Source: Convolutriloba macropyga (taxonomy: Eukaryota). From it: a DNA stretch of 64,000 nucleotides. Shown one piece after another: positions 23,421-35,604 of the stretch (its first letter is position 1; every line of letters begins with the position of its first letter). The translations under genes and the position numbers were made by a program. The notes under the pieces were generated by a model. It had not been told where the DNA came from. It ran no database searches and saw only the letters and a program-made list of their open reading frames with translations. The DNA lies in the NCBI RefSeq assembly GCF_964194025.1, contig NC_134475.1, positions 11,408,001 to 11,472,000 of the forward strand. Reading direction: 5' to 3'.

Positions 23421-26400
23421 GCATAGTTTTAGCACCTGGTATCACAGTTAATACATGCAATCAGTCTACGTCGCCCTACACCAATCACGTGTAAAAAACT
23501 ATTTAACAAATGATCAAAATAATCAGTCCACACCAAAACAATTCTACAAAATTTTGCTTGAAAATTGCGGAAAACCACGAGAAGTTCAGCGGTAGTCAAA
23601 AGATTTCTTCGGTTTTTTTGTGCGGCGTTAAGCAATTATTTATGACGACAGGTTAAAGGATAAATTGTTGGCGTAGTAGTAGTAGCAAAATGTGTCTGGC
23701 CCTTCGGTGTCGTCAGGTGCGGGGACTCAGTCCCGCTTCTCTGTCCATGGTTGCTGTTGAATTTTCCACGTATCGTTTACTAGTTCTTTGTAACTCATTT
23801 TTAAAATGATGCCGCAGATAATTGAGTAGTCGACTTTTCAAACCCGTTGCATATCCAAACTGTAAACTCTGTGGAAGTCTATTCACAAGAGTACAAGTCC
23901 TTAAGAAGAAGCATTGATTGCAAATTTTAATGCGTGGTTTTGAATGGTCCGATTTCAGCTCATTGTAGCCCGTAATGAGCGTGCAGTGGTCCTCAAGCAG
24001 ACAAATTGATCAATATTGAAGTTGAAATGACCCGTAAGAAATTTAGAAAGAAAAATTGTGCTTGTTTTGGAACACCTTTACAGGTGCCATGTTTTGGAGG
24101 TGCCATATTTTGGAACATCTTTACAGGCTCCTTGGCTTCGATGTTAGGGGATAAAACAAAGCATGCTGTAACTGGACTTATTTCGTATTTGAAATTCTTT
24201 CGTAAGTCCAGTTACAGTTTGCTTTTGTTTATACCCCAACTTCGAAACCAAAGAGCCTCTAAAATAGTTCCAAAACAGGAGACCTGTCCAAAACTTTATG
24301 TTTTCACCTGACATCATAAGTAATAGCTTGACGCCGCACAAAAGCAACCGAGGAAATCGTTTGACTACCTATGAATTTCTCGTGGTTTTCCGAAACTTAA
24401 CAAAATTTCGCAGAATTGTTTTTGATGTAGACTGATTATTTTGATCAACTTGTTAAATAGTTTTTTACCTGTGATTGGTGTAGGGCGACGTAGACTGATT
24501 GCATCCATTAACTCTGATACCAGGTGCTAAAACTATAAACAAAGGCATGACTATGGGGCTGGTAATTGGAAATTATGCGAGTAATGCAGTATCTCAAAAA
24601 TCTCAGGGCATACTTTGGCAAAGAACTTGCCAGCAACAACCTTTATAACTGGGAAACACCACAGCTGTCCCAGAAAACAACTTCATCTGTTTAGTTTGTT
24701 TTGAACGTGCTGGACTAGTTCAATGAGTGCAAATCTTTTTGACTTAGAAAACTATTTTTTATTTGCTACTTTTATTGAGAACAAGCAACAATGCCTTCGC
24801 ATATATGTACATGAAACCGTAAAGGTTAGGTATCGATGTTAAAACAAACATAAACAAATAGCTAATCAAACGCACGGCACTTGACAATTGCCCGTTTTTT
24901 CGGATCTTTTCCGTTTGCGCCCCCAGTACTTTATGCGCGAAATCATCATAGACAAATGTTGGATATAAGGACCTTGACAGTGTAAAGATTTCCTTAACCT
25001 GTAGATAACAATCTTGAGGTGACATAGCATAGGAACTAGGACATGATGAGTTCGGTGGGGGGGGGGTGGAGGGAGAATTGGAGAGAAAATGCTAACACGC
25101 CTCCATCATTGCTTGAATAAAGAGAAATTTTTTTAGAGACAAAAGTTTTCTTGAAAGCAATCAAAACACCTTGTTTCGATGGGTTCTTTTCGAATTTTCT
25201 TTCTGATTGAAAGATTGCGTAATTGGGAAGAAAGAACTTGTTATCGTGAATTGAGCATGTCTCATGATGGGCAGGTGCATAGTTTTAGCACCTGGTATCA
25301 CAGTTAATACATGCAATCAGTCTACGTCGCCCTACACCAATCACGTGTAAAAAACTATTTAACAAATGATCAAAATAATCAGTCCACACCAAAACAATTC
25401 TACAAAATTTTGCTTGAAAATTGCGGAAAACCACGAGAAGTTCAGCGGTAGTCAAAAGATTTCTTCGGTTTTTTTTGTGCGGCGTTAAGCTATTATTTAT
25501 GACGACAGGTTAAAGGATAAATTGTTGGCGTAGTAGTAGTAGCAAAATGTGTCTGGCCCTTTGGTGTCGTCAGGTGCGGGGACTGAGTCCCGCTTCTCTG
25601 TCCATGGTTGCTGTTGAATTTTCCACGTATCGTTTACTAGTTCTTTGTAACTCATTTTTAAAATGATGCCGCAGATAATTGAGTAGTCGACTTTTCAAAC
25701 CCGTTGCATATCCAAACTGTAAACTCTGTGGAAGTCTATTCACAAGAGTACAAGTCCTTAAGAAGAAGCATTGATTGCAAATTTTAATGCGTGGTTTTGA
25801 ATGGTCCGATTTCAGCTCATTGTAACCCGTAATGAGCGTGCGGTGGTCCTCAAGCAGACAAATTGATCAATATTGAAGTTGAAATGACCCGTAAGAAATT
25901 TAGAAAGAAAAATTGTGCTTGTTTTGGAACACCTTTACAGGTGCCATGTTTTGGAGGTGCCATATTTTGGAACATCTTTACAGGCTCCTTGGCTTCGATG
26001 TTAGGGGATAAAACAAAGCATGCTGTAACTGGACTTATTTCGTATTTGAAATTCTTTCGTAAGTCCAGTTACAGTTTGCTTTTGTTTATACCCCAACTTC
26101 GAAACCAAAGAGCCTCTAAAATAGTTCCAAAACAGGAGACCTGTCCAAAACTTTATGTTTTCACCTGACATCATAAGTAATAGCTTGACGCCGCACAAAA
26201 GCAACCGAGGAAATCGTTTGACTACCTATGAATTTCTCGTGGTTTTCCGAAACTTAACAAAATTTCGCAGAATTGTTTTTGATGTAGACTGATTATTTTG
26301 ATCAACTTGTTAAATAGTTTTTTACCTGTGATTGGTGTAGGGCGACGTAGACTGATTGCATCCATTAACTCTGATACCAGGTGCTAAAACTATAAACAAA

Positions 26401-26795
26401 GGCATGACTATGGGGCTGGTAATTGGAAATTATGCGAGTAATGCAGTATCTCAAAAATCTCAGGGCATACTTTGGCAAAGAAGTTGCCAGCAACAACCTT
26501 TATAACTGGGAAACACCACAGCTGTCCCAGGAAACAACTTCATCTGTTTAGTTTGTTTTGAACGTGCTGGACTAGTTCAATGAGTGCAAATCTTTTTGAC
26601 TTAGAAAACTATTTTTTATTTGCTACTTTTATTGAGAACAAGCAACAATGCCTTCGCATATATGTACATGAAACCGTAAACGTTAGGTATTGATGTTAAA
26701 ACAAACATAAACAAATAGCTAATCAAACGCACGGCACTTGACAATTGCCCGTTTTTTCGGATCTTTTCCGTTTGCGCCCCCAGTATTTTATGCGC
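23085..26795. repeat. Near-identical 1857-bp tandem duplication (LINE stubs plus an inverted non-coding repeat)
   Basis: Identical ORF pairs 24006/25863 and 24144/26001 are offset by 1857 bp. Confidence 0.9.
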
Positions 26796-26985
26796 CCCCC
26801 CCCAGCGTTACAGAGCTCGAGCCATTACATAGTAAATCATCGAACTGAAATGTGACATTTGCGTCTGGGGGTGCAAATAATATGCAACCTCTAGCTGGGG
26901 GGCACAACCGGAATAGATCGGTTTTTTAATTCATTTATCTCCAACACAGAGTAAAGCTTCCTGCAAGTAAAAAATGTCCTCCTAT
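25913..26985 (-). repeat. ~1.1 kb non-coding dispersed repeat; the opposite-orientation copy is split between ~10393-10950 and ~17692-17955
   Basis: The reverse complement matches gataggaggacatttttt (10393) through the MITE and continues into agccccatag...tatagttttagcacc...tatgacgacagg (17692-17955). Confidence 0.7.
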
Positions 26986-27227
26986 CCTAGAAAGTGGCAG
27001 CTGAAAATTTTGCTTGCGGCCTGAATCATTGAGGCTAAGAAATTTCAGACGACACTGACGTATTTTGGTAATTTCACTAATTCTAAGTTTCCAAAGTTTA
27101 TAAACTAAGATGCCCCGAGCTTTTTAATGCCCCGAGCTCACAATTTTTGGTTGAGATAAAGTAATAATTTTCCGGTAACTGTCATCCCGAGAGGGAAATT
27201 GGGAAAAGTTATATACTATTCGCCTAG

Positions 27228-29300
27228 GTAGTAGTAGTTGTTCTAAAAGAGTCAATTTCAAAACAAGATATCATTTAATCCAGGCATCAAGAGAAACTAA
27301 GAGCGACAATTTTTTCAAAAAAATTTTAATGTAAGAGATATCAAAGTTAAAATGAGTAGATTTTGCAACTAGAAAGAAATGTACTTTAGTACGAAATATG
27401 CCCAGCGGCATATTGATCTGAATAACGTTCAACTTCAGCAGTTCCTTTGCACATCTGGTGGCCCCGACTAAAAAAATTACCTTCAGAGCAAATCTTCTGC
27501 GTTTTAGGCACGCTATACAGTTTAGGAGTCAATGACTTCGTGTTGTAAAAACTCTTTTGTACTTCACCTCGGCTTGTTCATTGATCGTTTTCCCAAGCAG
27601 CACCATGTCCAAACTTATCTACTTGTAGCAAACTGGAAAGAAAGTCTCTGAAGTCCAGAGACATAATTGCGATCAGAAATAATCCATCTGAAAACTCTTG
27701 CTTGAAATTCATCTAGCTTGCGCATATACGTTACTGAAGTTTGCCATGCAGAACAAGTAAAGAAGGACGGACAGAACGAGGCTTGGATAGAGTAAAAGTT
27801 TTCTCTTTGCTGAGATCGTGAAATGCACGTTTCGCTTGATGAAAAATATTTTTTGCATTTAGTTAGTTTTGTATCAGTATGACGCTGCCAGCTCAAATTA
27901 CTCAATATGATGAACCCAAAGTCTTCAATGAAGTCAATGTAATCTTGTGCTGTCTCACCAAGTTTTAGCACTTGCGATGAAACGTAAATTTTTACATTTA
28001 GACGGATGAAAACGGAGTGCAATTTAAAATTGACGACAGATGTAAGGCAATAAAGTCTTGTTGTATAAGTTGTGAATTGCCACATGTGTAAATTTTTAAA
28101 TCATCAGCGTAAAGAAAATAAGATAAATGTAAGATTACAATTGGCATATCATTGATAAATAACAGAAAAAGAAGTGGTCCTAGGACACTGCCTTGTGGTA
28201 CACCAGATGTCACATTCCAGAAAAGAGAGAAAGTGTCATTCACTTTAACGCACTGTAAGCGATCAGAAAGATAAGACTCAAAAATTACCATAAAACCAGA
28301 ACATAAGCCAAGAACTTGAAGATCAGACAGCAGTAGGTGATGAGGCACATTATCAAAGGCCTTCCTGTTGTCAAAATAAACAGAAAGTGCAGGAGAGCTA
28401 TTGTCTTGATATTTATAAACATTATCTAAGTAATCAATCATTTGAGTTACGGTTCTCCGCAGTTTCACGAATCCGTGTTGCTGTTTGCAAACGAAAAACT
28501 TCACCTTTGGATAAAGAAAATCGAACAAAATACGTTCGAATACCAATGAATGTTTACATAAAATATCTATTGGACGACAGTTTTCAACCATGTCAAGTGG
28601 TACCGTTTTGTGTAAGGGCGCAATATACGATATATTCCGTAAAAAAGGCCAAGTGCATTTTTTGTAACCCAATAAAAGAGTTTTTGAACGGCTGGAGATA
28701 AAATAGCCGCACACTCACAAGGAACGAATGAGGGAATATTATCAGCTCTCATGCAGCTAGAATCATCAAAGCGCAATATTAAGTTTCTTATATCTCTTTC
28801 TGAAAATGTTATGTTGTCTATACACAACTCTGGCAAACATTCATAAGAGCCTGGCAAATCGTATTTAAATTTGGGACAAAAAACGGAACCAAAGAAAGTA
28901 TTGAAACCATTTGCGATCTCAGAAGACAGAGACACTCCGCTATAAGACATAACAGAATAAAAGACTTACTAAAGCCAAGCGTTCGCAGCAGCCTAAAAAG
29001 GTTAGAGGAGAATGAAAGAATGAACTTTGCAAAAACAATTTGCTTGTCCAATTCAGTAGACTCATTAAAAGATTTATTAAGTTCTCTTTGTTTTAGCGAG
29101 AGCGAAAGTGTCCAGTTTTTTGTAAGCTTACGGAGGTTAGCCTCTTCTTGATTCAAGAGATGCATTGTTTGCGAGGAGAAAAATATTGGCGCATTACGTC
29201 GCTTAGCTCTTTTCATTTTAAGGTTGCCGAACGGTTTTTGAGAATCTACATTTTCAACAAACTGGGGCCTACTTTAATCTACTGAAAGATTTTAATGGTT
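27228..29300 (-). mobile_element. Third CR1-group LINE, degenerate ORF2
   Basis: ENCRPIDIL, QHGF, DNRKAFD, TSGVPQGSVLGPLLFLLFIND and LYADDLKIY motifs; (TAC)n tail near 27228. Confidence 0.88.
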
Positions 29301-29599
29301 TTGAACCTATTAACTTTCAATCCTGCTTGCCCTTCAGCAAAATATTCCCATGTAGAACGCGGAAGCAAGCTCAGTGTATGTCTCCCTAGATTACGCTAAT
29401 TTTTTATTCTATTCATGATCCAAATAAAATTCTAGAGACAATTCACTCAACCGTGTTCTATTATTATGATTACATTTGTCCTCTAAAATTGGTGTTTAAA
29501 ATGTGTAGTTGCGATTCTACCCATGTTACCTCTTACATCAAATTTCTCAAAGAACGGAAAATTAGGCTGGTAACAGCAACTTGGTTAGAAATCTGACTA

Positions 29600-31150
29600 A
29601 GAAAATTTAAGTGAAATTTTGCTCAAAATCGTCTCTAGTCGGTAAGAAAGACTCAAAGATGGCGTGGAACAACGTGAAAATCCTTTCTGGCAAACGCCGA
29701 CAAATGGAAACCGACAACCACATTACTTCAAAAAAGTTAACAATCACATCGCTAATATTTCCACAACGTATATTTACGTTGTTTCTGAGCGCTCTCGAGT
29801 TTCTAATTGATTGTGTGACCCCGGTCTCTTCCGCTCTCAATAATGTTCAACTCACCACTTGTCAACCTGACACGGTCCGTTGGTTTGTCGTTAAGCAGAG
29901 TGCACACAATATTGCTACCTCTGTACTTCATATTATGATATTCTGTTTACAAAAAGGCACTTTCCAGGATATTTGAAAATCGCAAAAATTACACATTTAC
30001 CAAAGAAATCAAGAAATTAAGTACCCTTCCCAGTCAAATACCCTTCGCTTTGACATCACACCTATATCTTTTACTTCAGTTTTTTGCCCATTTTCGAGAG
30101 GCGGCTTTAAAATCTTTACAACTGCAATATTGTGAAGAAAACAGTTTGGTTTTCGCCGAAACTGGGGCGATCACATGAACTTGTTGAAGTTGCTACTTAT
30201 TTTCCGTGATCATAGCGCACTTGATTGCGTTCAAGTTTTCTAATTGAGTCTTGAGAGAGCATTTTTCGGTTTCTGCATTATGTGATTATCAACAGAATTG
30301 TTTCAGCTCAAGAGATACCTGAAAATATAGTGAAAATTGTTTGCCAGCTTCCTGGTTAGGCGAAAGCATTTTGTTACGACTATGGGTAGGTAAGAACCCA
30401 GAATTGAGAACCATAAATCTAGGGGTACCTCAGTTCGCTGTGTTCGACCCAATCCTATTCAGTCCTGTTGATCATTTACAAAATACCGGTTTGAATTTAT
30501 TTCTGATTAAATTTGCGGTCGACGCTACTTATATTGTCTTGGGCTGTTACAATTATAGTTATCGTCATGACACTATTCTCAATTATAATTATCCATGGTG
30601 TTGGAAAAACGGCTTAGCCATAGGTAACTGGAATTCCGTTGAACTGTTTGTTGAATTTAGAGGCCAAGAAACGCTTAAGCCGCGTTCATGGATTTGCCCA
30701 GCAAGAAGAGATGGACTTCCTTGGCAATATTTTTTCCGACAATTCGATTAACATATTTATTTGATGAATAAGAAGAATAATAAGCAACCATTTAGGACTT
30801 TGATGTTGATAAGTTTCCAATATATAATGGTGCAGATTAAACAACTTTGTGACAGCACTGTTCTTCCTGTTGTCAATTTTGCAATAACAACTTAGTGTGG
30901 CGCTGCACTGATAGCGACCAGTTCCAGGAGAAGGCAATCAAAAGACTGCAATTACCAGTACAGCGTACAAATCGATACAGTGATACACTAAGATAGCAGA
31001 TAGACGCCTGTGCCAGTGGATCAGGAGAGACAAGACTCATATTCTGCATGGGTTGGTCACTAAGCGTTCATAATTCGCAGCACCGCATGGGAAGGCATCT
31101 CCGGAAGCAGTTCCTAATATATATGAACAATAATTATCTATACCATTGTG
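29600..31150 (+). mobile_element. Highly decayed non-LTR retrotransposon RT region
   Basis: INLGVPQFAVFDPILF and KFAVDAT (GVPQG/FADD remnants); cagtttggttttcgcc (QFGFR). Boundaries are approximate. Confidence 0.6.
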
Positions 31151-31639
31151 CCAATCTTTACCAATCTGATCTTCTATCGGTTGTGAATTTGGGTTATTTT
31201 TATTAGAACTATCATCAGAAAGAGTTCTAAATTTAGAAGCTGATGTGTCAATTCGAATATAATTCTAATTTTTAAAACAAACGGTTTCGAACTTTACATT
31301 CATCGTCAGGTTAAATCGTTTTCGCAAAACCAAGGCTGAAGTGAAAATATATTTACATTTGCCTTTGACCAGAATTCTAAACAATTCTAAGAAATATCTT
31401 AAAAAAATTTAATTTTTTTAGCATATGCACACAATGTTTAGTCTACTCCCAACATCATATTTACATCTGTTATCATTTACACTAAAAAGTTCCGATTCCA
31501 GATTTCTAGAATAATTAAGAATTTTGCTTTAATCCTAAGCATCTTTCTTGCTGGCGTTTTGCAAAATATATTTCGCCTTGCACCAAGTATTTTTTCCCTA
31601 TAATTCATTCAAAATTATATTTTTTAACTAAATTTATAG

Positions 31640-33300
31640 TGTGATTTCCCTCACGCCCCGAGATTCCCCACGTGTGGTTAGCCACGGTACCAAGCTGCTG
31701 GTGTATATAGGTTCTATGTTCATGAGTTTTTCTATTGTACAACAGGCACTGAGAATATTTCATTCATTGCTACTCAGGAAGCCAAAACATTCGACAAGGT
31801 AAGTCTTTCTTATGTTGTTCCCATATCCTAGTGGTAACATGCCTGTCTGCTTGTCCAAAATAGTTAAATCTGCATCCATTACATTTCAGTTCATATAGTA
31901 GGTGTTATTTCAAGTTTTTACTAAGTAGATGATTCCCGGGTGTAGTGTCATAAATTTAATTTTTGCAAGGTAAATGAATTTGCAATTCAGATTTTTCTTT
32001 CAATTAGCTTGCAAAATTTTGTTTCTATTTGCTTCTGTATTATAGAAAAGTTGTTGGATGTTCATGAGATCTAGTCAGGTTTTTTCAATCCTGTTTTTCT
32101 TTTATATTCAGTTGATCCTTTTTGCCAGTTGTTATCTAATCTAAAGTCTGATTCACTAATTTCGCAGACCTTATATTTGTACACTAACTTTTGCTCCAGC
32201 TTGTATTGTTCTCTACAGGCGCCCAATCGAAGGACAGCCAACTAGTTCTTGCGTTACAATCCCTGTGAACTCTCCCTTGAACTACGTTTTTCTTACGTTC
32301 AAGGGGCGCACAGCTGCTAAAACCCAGTTTAAATCATTTAATAGTTGGTTTTTGATGCCAATGAAATGTAGTTTTATTATCGTTGCTCACATTTACTTTG
32401 ATATCAAGAAGCTCCCAATTTTTTTATTGTACAGTTTTTCTAAATAAATTACAAACCTTTGTGTATTGAATTTCATAATCTGAAATACACGGGGTACTTC
32501 CACTAGCTGTGCAAAGGATGTCATCAACATATTTTTTGATTTATTTTTCCCTCAACATCAGAAAATGACTGGAAAGCTTTTCTAGCATCTTGTGTGTTGG
32601 TTTCAATGTTTGCACCGAGCAGTTTTTATAAAAATAATGCCAAAACTTTTTCCCATTTTCGTAAGTGCTACCAGGTATCATCGCAAGAACAGATCTGAGA
32701 GATGTAACTTTTATTGTGTACTTTGGCATAAACATAAAGCCTGGGTGGTTTTGAACAAGAAGGTGCGTCTCCAATTAGAAGATACGTCTCAAATTAGGTA
32801 CGTCACAAAATTAAAAAGAAGGTACGTTTCAAATTTAAACCGGAGGCCGCTAACAAAAAGTTCCAAATGGTTCAAATCGAAAGCTTGCGATACATTTACT
32901 CGTCAGTAACTAGAACCACTTGTTATAAATGTCGCAAAATTTGTTTGAAGATCGACCTAAAAATTTAATAAGTGAGTACAATGTGAGTAGTCCATTATTG
33001 CAAACCCTAATATATTATAGAGCGGATCTCCGCTTGGAGATAACAAATTGCAAAAACTGACAAAATGTTACAAAATAAATGCAAATATTGTTCCAGCAAG
33101 AGCTCTTGATGATCACTGGAAAGCACAATAATCTGCGAAAAATCGAGGCTGTAAGTTTCAAAATGCGGCTCAAAAACGCTAACCAAACGAAGCCACCTGT
33201 GATATTTAACAGAGATATGGTTCCTTTCACATACCCTTGAGTTTACAATACTGCAGCCCAATCCAAGTCAGGTTTCTAAAAATTTACTCAAACGATGCTT
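31640..33300 (-). mobile_element. Penelope-like retroelement, degenerate
   Basis: Manual minus-strand translation gives LRSVLAMIPGSTYEN, GANIETNTQDAR and KYVDDILCT (~32506-32535, RT), and YELKCNGCRFNYFGQADRHVTTRIWEQH (~31811-31898, GIY-YIG endonuclease). Confidence 0.75.
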
Positions 33301-35604
33301 TTTCCTATGTACTTGCCTCGATATGCGTGTATTTCCCGGCGTGTATTTTCTGGTTTCGGCGTGTTTTTTACTGGTTTTGGCGGGTTTTTTGCTAATCTTA
33401 ATACGTTTCTTGCAACGTTTTAAGATTGTAAGTTGTCGTCATGCTCAAAAAGTGCATCGCCCAAAATTTCAAATTTTTCTTCAAAATTTTCACAATTTTC
33501 CATGATTTTGCTATGAATATCATGGGAATCAAAACCAAGAATGCTAAGTCTATTTTCAGAAAAAAAAAGTATCTATGCGAATAGACTGCACATAATGAGG
33601 TAGCAGCATACTCTTAGGATACACTGATACAGTACTGGGCCGACGATATACAATTGGAATACAATGTTTCAGTACTGATTTACTATGGGACGATGGTCCG
33701 GGTCACAATCAGATCAGTACAAATTGCGGTCATTAGGCAGCGAATCGTACCCAGCCACAGTGTCAGGATATATGGATTGGCGTGGTTAACTTTATACTAT
33801 TATCAGAGACCATGGCTCAAAATACCTACAACGGAGTTGAAATCTTTAATGGATGATGATGATGAAATAGATAAGGTTGAATATGGTTGGAGTCTTAGAA
33901 ACATTTTGTCAAAATGACAAAAATGCTATGGTTTTACCCTTGGATAACCAAAGCCGCATGCGTTTTGCTGTCAGGACCTTGCCATAATATGATTGTTAAA
34001 ATTGGAAACTTGATATTGGATACTGGATACAGGTGGGTGCGTTCGGATCAACTTCGGTTTGAAGGCGGGTGGACATTTTTTGTTCACAAAGGAGGCGTAT
34101 TCACGACTTACTGAGACACATAGTAGATGTAATCACGAACTACCGGTACGGCTGTTCTATTGAGAAGGTGCATTCAAAACCTATCTGCGCGCACAGTAGG
34201 AGTATTCATGATCTCCATAGACAAACTAGATGTGTTTTAGCGGGAGGGATATTCACGATCTTACGAGTCCCAGAGTAGGGGTTGAATTGTCTTTGATTTC
34301 ATATACGGATGATATATGATTTCATACTGTCCATGCTTGATTTCTTAGTACGATCCTGGTTTTTCAAATAAATAATTTTCTCAATCGGTTGTAAATTATT
34401 GTCTATTTAGGTATAAAAACAAAAACGAGGGATTTTAGCGCACGCAGTTATTCCAATGTTGACTGCACAAACGAAGTAATAAATTAAAATGCTCTCTGAC
34501 TACCTTATACGGACATTTTCGGCCTCTTCAATGTTTTATTTACCATAACGAAAATTAAAATGAAACAATTTTTCGGCTTTCATATTTTTCTATGACCCTC
34601 GTATAATTTCAAAAAAAAAATCCTTTTTGATTTTTGTATGACTACTAAGGAAATACATAATTCATGTTTGAATTAGTTTAGATAATTAGTCATTTTTATA
34701 GAACTTATGGTCAAGAGATTTTGGAATCAAGAACGTTTTTTTTTTCATAGTCCCTTTGCGTCGAGCAAAATTCTTCTCAGTTTTTTCATAAATCTGCTTG
34801 CTTTTAAATTGGCGAAAAAAGTTTTATCTGCTGCTACACATACTGAAGCAACTATGGAGCCCGAGCAAGACTAAATAGTGTTGCTCCGCGCTGCACAGAA
34901 CTAAAACGCAGTTGTAAAACTGCTAAAAGTCTCAAGAATTTATGCAATTCTTAAGATTAGGCAGTTATCCCAGCGGGACTATATTGTCTGCATTACTTGA
35001 TTGAATGAAACTTGGTAGTTTAATTGTAATGATTTTCTTCTCATGAGCCATTATGATGAAAATGTGGCATTGTTGATTTGTTTTTCCTTCCAAAACTATA
35101 AAGTATCATTTCCCAAGAAAAATGCAGATTTGAAAAGAAGATTACAGATTGCCTTATAGGCAATAGTGAGCAAAATTGCATGTTAAACTTTTAAGCCAAA
35201 ACTGCAGGCTCACGGAAAGAATTTTTCTCGACACATGATTTGATTTGGTCAAAAAAGAGCCTTGACAAATACAACTTCTTGTCTTGTGATTTGACTGTTG
35301 ATCGACTCAATTTTTAGTCTTTGATAATTTATTTCTGGACAAGGAAAAGTTCAGAGCTTATTCTGGTCGAGCAAAACTTCAACTTAATTTTTTTTGGGGT
35401 CGAGCAGCAGTCCAGCGTAAATTTTTGCGTCGAGCATGGTCCATTCATATGTTGAGATCTGGACTAGGGTATATATAAATAAATGGATCTATTGTTCACT
35501 CTCGCATCATGATAATTTTAAGGTAATTGCGTAGTGGGCTATACTTTACATGACCACTCACTGAGTTGTTTGGTAATAATGGCAAAGAACTGTTATGGGT
35601 TGAA

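Noticed and set aside
34091-34280. Three spaced tattca(c/t)ga motifs as a CRISPR-like array
   Set aside because: The motifs are short, degenerate and irregularly spaced; there are no cas genes and the context is eukaryotic.
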